Position numbers and translations under genes: made by a program | Notes under the pieces: model-generated | What the model was told of the DNA's origin: nothing | Databases searched by the model: none | What the model saw: the letters and a program-made list of their open reading frames with translations, nothing else | In this document: piece after piece, positions 53,453 to 64,000 of the stretch | Layout: each line of letters begins with the position of its first letter | Numbering within the stretch: the stretch's first letter is position 1 | NCBI GenBank assembly: GCA_964016885.1 | Contig: OZ024743.1 | Span: forward strand, 344,224,001-344,288,000 | Reading direction: 5' to 3' | From: Eledone cirrhosa | Lineage: Eukaryota | Length of the DNA stretch: 64,000 bases

Positions 53453-54845
53453 TATATATATTAACTATTTTATTTATATATCATTTATATATCATTTACA
53501 TTTGAGTGTAGACAGGTCTCTCTGGAAATAGGGTTTGCTCTGAGGGTTTTACGTGGTCATGAAGGAGGGAAGGGGGTTCCCCTAAAAAGTTTGAGACCTT
53601 CTGCGCTAAATGAACTTAGGTCCCAGATGGTAGTGCAAAACATGTCAAGAGATTGAATATATGTCGCGAGTATGTTTCAGCAGGATTTGAACATAGAATG
53701 CAAAACACCGCAATAAATATCATAAATGATCACGTTCCCTACCCTAACGATACTGCCAAACTGGTACTTTGTTTTATGAACCTCTGAAGGATGAAATTTA
53801 CTGTGGTGGGATTTGAACTCAGAAAACAGACGTATGCGTAAATATATTACAAACGTGGTCCTCACGTTTTTTTCCTGTGTGCAGGGAACCCACGAAGAAT
53901 ATCTAACGTAATTTTAAGAGTGTAACTGGGCTGCTATTTCTAGTAGGCAGAGCGGCCACATAGCATGTTACATGAGTTTGTGTGCAGTGGGTTGTACGTG
54001 TGTGTGTGTATGCGTGTGTGTGTGTGTGTGTGTGTATGCTGTATGTGTGTGTGTATGTGTATATGTGTGTGAATATGTGTATCTGTCAGTGTGCATTTAT
54101 GTTCAAGGTGTACGCGCGCGCATATCTCTGTGTGTCCATATGTGTTTGCTTGCTATGGGTGTGTGACGTGTGTCTTTATGTTTAGTGTGCTACGGGTATA
54201 TATGTGTGTGTTTGGTTTGTATGTTATGTGTGAGTATGTGTGTATGTGTGTGTATGTGTACCTGTGTCTGTTTATTATGAAACATCTGTGTGAGTGTTTG
54301 TGATTAGTGTCACACATATGTATATGTATGTGTGTGTGTGTGTGCATGTGTGTGTGTGTGTGTGTGGTTTCCTGTGTCTGTTTATTGTGAAACATCTGAA
54401 TGTTTGTGGTTAGTGTCACACATATGTATGTGTGTGTGTATGTGTGCGTGCGTGTGTGTGTATGTGTGCGTGCGTGTGTGTCTGTGTGCGCTAATGGTAT
54501 TATTGGGCAAGTGTGTGTATGTGTGTGTGTGTGTGTGTGTGTGTTGGTTAGCGTGATATTGCGTATGCATGTGTACATATGAGTGTGTGTGACTGTATGT
54601 CTGTGTGTGTTTACTGTGCTACATATGTTCGTGTTTGTGGTTAGTGTGTTACGTATGTGAATGTGTTTAATGTGTAATGTGTATGTGTCTGTGTGTTTAT
54701 GTATGTATGTGTGTGTGTGTGTGTTTGTGTATAGTGGGTTATGTGTCTTGGTGTATATGTGTTTAGTGTGATACAAATGTGAGTGTGGATATTTTTAGAG
54801 TATTATGTGAATATATATGTGTTCTGTGTGTTACGTGTGTGTGAT

Positions 54846-55196
54846 GAGGGCCGTTTTAACGCATGGGCACGCTGGGAAGTTTCCCGGGGGCTCCACGAGG
54901 ATAGGGGGCCCATTTGTATTTTTATTCCTGTGAGTGGTTGTGTAGGTAGGGGCCCCAGTGCCGGGGGCCTATATATATGTTTCTACTTTTGGCACAAAGC
55001 CAGCCATTAACCAGTACATTACTGGTACTTTATTTTATCGACCCCGTAAGGATGAAAGGCAAAGTTGACCTCGGCGGGATTTGAACACAGAATGGAAAGG
55101 GCCGTAACTCTATACGTCAAAGCATAGCTGCCGACCCTCTACCAATACTGCCAATCCGCCCGGGGTGGGGCCTATAATGCTGTTAAGACGGCCCTG
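54846..55196. mobile_element. Non-autonomous hAT-like element containing a SINE A insertion (54978-55162, -)
   Basis: TIRs GAGGGCCGTTTTAAC / GTTAAGACGGCCCTG. The flanks TGTGTGAT / TGTGTTAT match at 7 of 8 positions, consistent with an 8-bp TSD. Confidence 0.7.
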
Positions 55197-55340
55197 TGTG
55201 TTATTGCTTATGGTTAGTGTGTTACACGTGTGTACCTGTGTGTATTTGTGTATATACGACTGTGTTACGTTTATGTGTAAGTATGAAGTATGATTGCATT
55301 TAGTGAATGACATTTGTGTATATTATTGTGCTTGGCAGTG

Positions 55341-55750
55341 GGGCGGTGGATTGGCAGTATCGGTAGAGGGTCGGACGTCATGCTTTGACGCATAGAGTTA
55401 CGGCCCTTTCCATTCTGAGTTCAAATCCCGCCGAGGTTAACTTTGCCTTTCATCCTTACGGGGGGTCGATAAAATAAAGTACCAGTAATGTACTGGGTAA
55501 TTGCTGGCCTTGTGCCAAAAGTAGAAACAATTGTTGTGCTTGGCAGTATCGGCAGAGCGTCGGATACAATGCTTTGTAGCTTAGAGTTACGGCCCTTTAC
55601 GGTCTGAGTTCAATCCCACTGAGGTTAGCTTTGCCTTTCATCCTTACGGGTGTCAATAAAATTAAGTACCAGTAACGTACTGGGGTTGAATTATCGACTT
55701 GGCCCTCCCCCAAAATTACTGGCCTTGTGCCTATACTAGAAATCATTATT
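55341..55750 (+). mobile_element. Two tandem SINE A copies (55341-55532 and 55541-55750)
   Basis: Each has TGGCAGTATCGG, GAGTTCAA(A)TCC and the GCCTTTCATCCTTACGG core. Confidence 0.88.
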
Positions 55751-55909
55751 GTTTGATATGTTAGGTATGTGTGTGTGTGTGTGTGTGTGTATGTGTGTGT
55801 GAGTGTGTTTGAGTGTGTGTGTGTGAGTGTGTGTGTGAGTGTGTGTGTGTGTGAGTGTGTGTGAGTGTGTGTGTGTGTCTGTGTGTGTCTGTGTGAGTGA
55901 GTGTGTGTG

Positions 55910-55944
<35 letters not shown>

Positions 55945-56521
55945 AGTGTGTGTGTGTGTGTGTGTGTCTGAGTGTGTGTGAGTGTGTGTGTGTGTGTGAG
56001 TGAGTGTGTGTGTGTGTGTGTGCGAGCGCAGCGCGTGTGTATGTGTGTGTGCGTGTGCGTATGTGCATATACATTCAGCGGCGTACATAAAGTTTTCTGC
56101 CTACCCTTAATGAAAGTCACTATGCAATATGGAGCAGAAGTGTTACCCTCACCCGGGGCAGGATGCCAACCCTTTCATCCCATATCTAAGCTAATGTGGG
56201 CGTCTATGATGAATATGTGTAGGTGTATTTCGGTTTCTATGAAGCTGTGTGTTATGCATCCGTATTTGGTTGTTGTATAGCCCTAGGTAAACCTTAAACA
56301 AGCAGAACTAAGATGAAAGACTTTCCAGCCGTGACCAACACGTCTCGGTTTTTCTTCTTTTTCAGACACACTGAATATAGCTACATCTAAGACTACTATA
56401 TCCAGGAGATTCGGCTGATAAGCAAGAGCTACGTATATATATGTATATATTTTATATATAAACATATATATGTGGCTGTATATAGGATGTATATAAATAC
56501 ACACGCATTTATATATATATA

Positions 56522-56710
<189 letters not shown>

Positions 56711-56749
56711 CTATCTATATATATTTATATATATGTATATATATATATG

Positions 56750-56819
<70 letters not shown>

Positions 56820-56826
56820 CATACAT

Positions 56827-56913
<87 letters not shown>

Positions 56914-56955
56914 CATATATGTATATGTATATGTACAAATGTATACATAAATATA

Positions 56956-57003
<48 letters not shown>

Positions 57004-57056
57004 TATATATAAATACATATATGTGTGCCTATATGAATATATACACACACACACAG

Positions 57057-57121
<65 letters not shown>

Positions 57122-57170
57122 TAAATACATATATGTGTGCCTATATGTATATATAGACTCAAACACACAC

Positions 57171-57209
<39 letters not shown>

Positions 57210-57379
57210 TAAATATTGTTTTATTCATTATTTTTTTTAATATTTTATCTTGACTCTGTATTCCGTTTATCTTTCACCGAAAGTGATTTTTCATTGCATC
57301 TCTTCTTTCCATGATATCCGGACTACATTGAGTTCTTCATACGGATTGGACACTACCGTAAACTCTTGGTAGATTTATC

Positions 57380-57413
<34 letters not shown>

Positions 57414-57479
57414 TATATATGCGTATATATATATAAATACATGTATGTGTGCCTATATGTATATATAGACTCACACACA

Positions 57480-57530
<51 letters not shown>

Positions 57531-57942
57531 TTAAGGATACTATTTATGGTTATGTATGTAATAAAACCTTTTATGGTTATATATTTTTTATACAAACCCC
57601 AAATAGTGAAAGAGAGTCATTAATTACTATCTTATTACCAGTAATATTACTCTCTCTCTATATATATATATAAGTACATGTATGTGTGCCTATATGTATA
57701 TATAGACTCACACACAGAGGCAAGAACATAAACACACACACAAACACAGATTATGTATATATTTATTGTTCGAACATTAAGTGAGTAGTGTGTTAGTTTT
57801 GCTATGTGCATCTATAACATATTGGCTGCTAGCATGAAGTTTCTATTTATCTGTGTGTTTGTTATGTCAGACCGTAAATATGTTCATATATATACGTAGT
57901 TGTTGTGTATCTGTGTACCATGTGTGGGGCCATGTTGCTTGT

Positions 57943-58018
<76 letters not shown>

Positions 58019-58023
<5 letters not shown>

Positions 58024-58210
58024 AGTAAGTAAGACCCCGACGGCTGAGCTCAAGCCGTTTCGACGGCTACTTCAGTACAGAATTAGCCGTCGAGACGGCT
58101 TGAGCTCAGCCGTCGGGGTCTTACTTACTCCTATTACCCTCTCTACTACCCTAAGTATTGAGTACTTTGGTGCGTTATGGTCCACCTGGTTCCTTACCAC
58201 TTTTCCTTCG

Positions 58211-58212
<2 letters not shown>
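58019..58212 (+). mobile_element. Family P1 palindromic element
   Basis: Inverted arms 58019-58135 plus tail, embedded in (TA)n. Confidence 0.8.
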
Positions 58213-58261
<49 letters not shown>

Positions 58262-58289
58262 TGGTTACACAACAGTTAGTTCACCATAC

Positions 58290-58327
58290 CGAGAACAATT
58301 GTTTCACCTTAGCGGATCCTCAGCTCG
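58290..58327 (-). ncRNA. Minimal hammerhead fold in a family P2 element (58260-58370)
   Basis: Minus strand: CGAG-CTGAGGA-TCCGCTAAGGT-GAAA-CAATTG-TT-CTCG. Stem II is weak. Confidence 0.6.
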
Positions 58328-58363
58328 TAAATGACATGGTTCTACGGAACAGGAAGGACAAAC

Positions 58364-58403
<40 letters not shown>

Positions 58404-58410
58404 GTGTGTA

Positions 58411-58580
<170 letters not shown>

Positions 58581-58593
58581 CATATATACACAC

Positions 58594-58643
<50 letters not shown>

Positions 58644-58699
58644 GTATATATATACATGTATATATATATATATTTATGTATATATATATATATACACAT

Positions 58700-58778
<79 letters not shown>

Positions 58779-58791
58779 CATATATACACAC

Positions 58792-58858
<67 letters not shown>

Positions 58859-58871
58859 CATATATACACAC

Positions 58872-58921
<50 letters not shown>

Positions 58922-58977
58922 GTATATATATACATGTATATATATATATATTTATGTATATATATATATATACACAT

Positions 58978-59047
<70 letters not shown>

Positions 59048-59050
<3 letters not shown>

Positions 59051-59224
59051 GAAGGAAGTGTGGTAACGCACCAGAGTACTCAATACTTAGAGTAGTAGAG
59101 TGGGTAATAGGAAAATGTTTAACCCCGACGGCAGAGCTCAAGCCGTTTCGACGGCTATTTCTGTACTCAGAAATAGCCGTCGAAATGGCTTGAGCTCTGC
59201 CGTCGGGGTTAAACTTTTTCCTAT
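59048..59224 (-). mobile_element. Family P1 palindromic element
   Basis: Tail followed by arms centred on CTATTTCTG-TACT-CAGAAATAG. Confidence 0.8.
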
Positions 59225-59371
59225 ATATATATAGTCCCGGGTTCAGTCGGGAGTGCCCACAGTAAGTAAGGTACTCAATACATTAGTAGAGTGTAAACAT
59301 CAAATTTAATATAGAAATGGCTTCTAGGGTGAGGGAGTTCTAGTCGTGTAGAAGCCATTTCTATATTAAAT

Positions 59372-59428
<57 letters not shown>

Positions 59429-59487
59429 TACTATCCCGGTGGAATACTGGTATTGTTACCAAATCAAGCATTCTATGTACATGCAGA

Positions 59488-59546
<59 letters not shown>

Positions 59547-59915
59547 CTGTATGTGGTTGATAGGTGAGAGAAAAGAGTACACAATCCCAAAGTAGAGTTT
59601 TAATATTCATCATACTAAGGCTAAATAGTATGTCTTGTTACTCTCGAGTTTCGCCTGTGATAAACAATTTTATGTAAATATTGTTCGCCCCTGTGGCAAA
59701 TACATAACCACAGATATCCCTCTCTCTCTCTCTCTTTGCATATATATACATACATATATATATACATACATATATAAATATATATATATTACATCGATGT
59801 TGACCATACGGAATGACCAGTTCTATCCAGTGGTGAACCAACAAACCTATATATATATATATATATGTATATACTGTATATATATATATGTATATATATA
59901 TCTATCTATATATAT

Positions 59916-60035
59916 AACGAAGGAAATGTGGTAAGTAACCAGATGGACCATAACGCACTAAAGTACTCAATACTTAGAGTAGTAGAGTGGGTAATAGGAA
60001 CAAGTATGACCCCGACGGGGTCATACTTGTTCCTA
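59916..60035 (-). mobile_element. Family P1 element with an internally collapsed palindrome
   Basis: ATAGGAACAAGTATGACCCCG-A-CGGGGTCATACTTGTTCCTAT. Confidence 0.75.
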
Positions 60036-60075
60036 TATATATATATATGTATATACATATATATATATACTTGTT

Positions 60076-60117
<42 letters not shown>

Positions 60118-60204
60118 GGATCGATCGACTTTCGTCAAATCGGACCGCGGAAGCAATGTTTCCGTTGGTCTTTCGAGTTGCTAGTAGTATCTATCGGTCG
60201 CAAC

Positions 60205-60333
60205 TCCAGGTAGAGGGAGCAACGTGAAAATAAAGTGTCTTGCTCAAGGACATAACGCATCGCCCGGTCCAGGAATCGAACTTACAACCTCAAGATTGTG
60301 AATCCAATTCTCTAACCACTCAGCCACACGCCT
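60205..60333 (-). mobile_element. tRNA-derived SINE head (family B)
   Basis: Minus strand: TGGCTGAGTGG...GTTCGATTCC...CTTGAGCAAGACACTT...CACGTTGCTCC. Confidence 0.8.
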
Positions 60334-60369
60334 TCACATATATAGTTATATATATATATGTATATACAA

Positions 60370-60401
<32 letters not shown>

Positions 60402-60593
60402 TAATTGTGGCTTAATGAAGTTCGTCCTTCTAGTACCATACAGTATATTTGGTTGTTTAGTTTTATCTTTGGGTATGGCTGCATGAGGAAAAATTATATT
60501 TTAACATTTTTAATAGTTCACGATTTTAAACACCCCACTGCCACAAACATATAAACCTATCGTGTAAACATATGGGTACACTCTATATAGAAG

Positions 60594-60631
<38 letters not shown>

Positions 60632-60636
<5 letters not shown>

Positions 60637-60748
60637 AGATTCAGGACCCCAACGGCTGATCTTCGGCCGTTTCGACAGCTTGATCCGAATTTTCGGATCT
60701 AGCTGTCGAAACGGCCGCTGCTCACCCGTCAGAGTCCTGAAATTTTTC
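60632..60748. mobile_element. P1-like palindrome with a diverged sequence
   Basis: CGGCCGTTTCGACAGCT-GATCCGAA-TT-TTCGGATC-AGCTGTCGAAACGGCCG within (TA)n. Confidence 0.65.
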
Positions 60749-60751
60749 ACA

Positions 60752-60821
<70 letters not shown>

Positions 60822-61013
60822 TGTATGTGTGTGTGCGTGTATCGTTTCTGTTTTTATACGGTTGTGGGTGACTTACGTGCCTCGAACAATTACAGTATTT
60901 CATACGGATTTAGGCCTATATCAAATGGCACCTCAGATGTTTCTAGATGTCGAATATTCGGACGGGGTATTGGAGATGACAAAGTGAACACACACAAACA
61001 AATCACATGCACA

Positions 61014-61146
<133 letters not shown>

Positions 61147-61485
61147 GTGTATGTGTGTATATATATATATAAGTATGTATGTATGTATACGTACATACAT
61201 ATATGTATACAGATGTACAGTAGTATGTATATATATACATACATGTACACATATATATATATGCACGTATCGGTTTACCGAACATTTATTATAATGCTCG
61301 GTTTGTTTGTAAACAAACAGCCCGAATTACGCCGTACAGTGTTTAGGCAACCACGTCACCTTTTTGTTCAAATCAGACACAGGAATGATGTACATATATG
61401 TATGTACGTATACGTACATACATACTTACATATAAGTAACTGCCGTACGACGAGTGAGAAATGAAATTTCGTTTCATTCTATTAC

Positions 61486-61527
<42 letters not shown>

Positions 61528-61559
61528 AGATCAAAAGATGGTTAAAAGAGTTCCAAGTA

Positions 61560-61626
61560 TTTTATTATGCGCATTTCAAAAACAAATATCATCATGAGAT
61601 GATATCTGCGTTTTCATCAGATAAAA
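61560..61626 (-). ncRNA. Complete minimal type I hammerhead ribozyme fold
   Basis: Minus strand: TTTTAT-CTGATGA-AAACGCAGATATCATC(TCAT)GATGATATTTGTTTTT-GAAA-TGCGCA-TA-ATAAAA. Stem I has 6 bp, stem II has 15 of 16 positions paired, and stem III is palindromic. Confidence 0.75.
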
Positions 61627-61844
61627 AACACTTGTGAACAGTGAAGTTTTAAATCAACATATCAACATAAAAACTCACCTCCTACACATATATATATATA
61701 CACATAAAATATAATGGATAAAGATCCTATAACTCCTTGTGGAATCGTGGAGGCATCGTCATACGGCGGGTCCAGGACCCTTTTAAACCTGGCGGAGCCC
61801 AACCCTCTCCAGGTCTGAACACAGACGATTTTTTCTATAGAGGG

Positions 61845-61992
61845 AGAATTGACCCCAATACTGGACTGGTACTTTTTATCGACCTTGAAAGGATGAAAGA
61901 CAAAGGATTTGTCCACGGCAGGATTTGAACTCAGAGTGCGCAATGAGGTAGAACGAATACCGTAAAGCATTCTATCCGACGTCTTAACGACT
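61845..61992 (-). mobile_element. Diverged SINE A
   Basis: CTGGTACTTTTTATCGACC...GGATGAAAG...GGATTTGAACTCAG. Confidence 0.7.
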
Positions 61993-62084
61993 TAATACAT
62001 ACACATACAAACACACAAACACCCACAACACACAAACACACACACACACAAGCACATGCACTCATATATAATAGTCGCGACATG

Positions 62085-62380
62085 TCCACTTCGCAATCAT
62101 TAGGTTCAAATCACGGTCTACTGCGTGACACCTTGGCCCAGTGTCATTTTCCATAGCATATGGTTGACGCACATCCTCTGTCTGGAATTAAGTAGACGGA
62201 AACGGTGTGAAAGCCCGTCGGATTGATTTAACTGTACTTTAAATGGCTAGCCTTGTCACACACCTCGGGTTACTCCTCCCTGAGAATTCTTCTAAGGGTA
62301 CAACTATCTGGAATATGCTCAGCCACTTACACGATAATTTCATTAGAAGGCAATTCCGTTGATCGAACAAATGGAACATT
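62085..62380 (+). mobile_element. Old SINE-like repeat (family C)
   Basis: Matches 8160-8480. Confidence 0.6.
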
Positions 62381-62611
62381 ATATATATATATATGGTGTG
62401 GGATGCTTAAAGCGTCCGTATGCGGTAGGCCGTTTGAGCACTCGATGCTCTTACAGAGCAGAGTATAAGATCACATAAGAAACGGAGAATCAGTGGTGCG
62501 ACGAATTAGAATTTATTAGACATATTACAATCGTTTCTCCGGCGACCAGCTCGAGGCACGATCGATGCAAGGATCGAACCTGACTCTGAAATCGCAAGTT
62601 CTCCCGATACG

Positions 62612-62647
<36 letters not shown>

Positions 62648-62665
62648 CACGTCTCTCTCCCCCTC

Positions 62666-62718
<53 letters not shown>

Positions 62719-62720
<2 letters not shown>

Positions 62721-62898
62721 CCCCGACGGCTGAGCTCAAGCCGTTTCGACGGCTAATTCTGTCCAGAATTAGCCGTCGAAACGGCTTGAGCTCAGCCGTC
62801 GGGGTCTTACTTGTTCCTATTACCCACTCTACTACCCTAAGTATTGAGTACTTTGGTGCGTTATGGTCCACCTGGTTCCTTACCACATTTCCATCGTT
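62719..62898 (+). mobile_element. Family P1 palindromic element
   Basis: Perfect arms around CTAATTCT-GTCC-AGAATTAG, followed by the tail and (TA)n. Confidence 0.8.
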
Positions 62899-62975
62899 AT
62901 ATATATTTATATATATACATACATATATATATATATATCTATAGATGTTTATGTATAATGTTTATATATATACAT

Positions 62976-63101
<126 letters not shown>

Positions 63102-63131
63102 ATATATATATATACATATATATATATAAAC

Positions 63132-63258
<127 letters not shown>

Positions 63259-63276
63259 TATATAAATATATATATG

Positions 63277-63339
<63 letters not shown>

Positions 63340-63633
63340 GTTTATATATATATATGTGTGTGTGTGTGTATGTACACCATCTCTTCCAATCTTCTTTCCG
63401 AATGTGTGTTAAGAAACGTTGAGCGATGGGAAAGTTACATTAAATATAGAACATTGGTATAAATAATAAGACAGTAACTATCATTGGACTCAAACCCACA
63501 CTTTAATGCACATCAGGCAGAAATACTACCATTACGCCCATGTGCACGTTATTTTGAAGTCATACATGCATAGCGTACTTTGATCATTTATACACACTGT
63601 TCCACTTCATCGACTAACATTCTTTCTAATTTA

Positions 63634-63817
63634 ATTGTTTTTACTTTTTGGCACAAGGCCAGCAAATACCCAGTGCATTACTGGTACTTTATCTTATCGA
63701 CCCCGTAAGGATGAAAGGCAAAGTCAACCTCAGCGGGATTTGAACTCAGATCGTTAAGGGACGTAACTATGCTGGAAAGCATGGCATCCGACCCTCTACT
63801 GATAGTGCCAATCCACT
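63634..63817 (-). mobile_element. SINE family A
   Basis: Reverse complement of the 9197-9386 consensus. Confidence 0.9.
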
Positions 63818-64000
63818 AATTTAATACCAAATGCCACGTGATAGTGATGCTGTACTTCACTTCACTCTTTAAACTATCTAACCCATCCATACTTCTTCCA
63901 TTCCTTGTTCATCTCTGTGTCAGAATTATACAAAATGAAGTACACAATATCATACAGATTTGCCATCAGTAATGCAAACTTGGTATAACAACGCAGTACT

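Overview
This is AT-rich eukaryotic DNA saturated with microsatellites and transposon debris. The SINE families and (TA)n/(CA)n/(GA)n load suggest a mollusc, probably an octopus-like cephalopod (inference). I can support no host gene exon. The centrepiece is a head-to-tail array of three ~5.75-kb L1-clade (Tx1-like) non-LTR retrotransposons at 16.7-34.0 kb, every junction of which is (TATC)n. A separate 5'-truncated relative at 52.1 kb is also flanked by TATC, which suggests GATA-microsatellite targeting. Copy 3 is fully intact. Copy 2 is a mappable chimera of copies 3 and 1. The element has unusual expression signals: ORF1 and ORF2 are in frame and separated by one TAA that lies inside a perfect splice donor (AG|GTAAGT). 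A phase-compatible acceptor sits at the end of ORF2, and a small conserved candidate intron lies in the 5' UTR. Elsewhere there are several minimal type I hammerhead-ribozyme folds and a family of short palindromic elements in (TA)n that fold back at hammerhead stem II (probably Penelope pseudo-LTR derivatives). The window also holds remnants of Penelope, R4/Dong, RTE, mariner and hAT elements, many tRNA-derived SINEs and a 3.7-kb 35-bp minisatellite.
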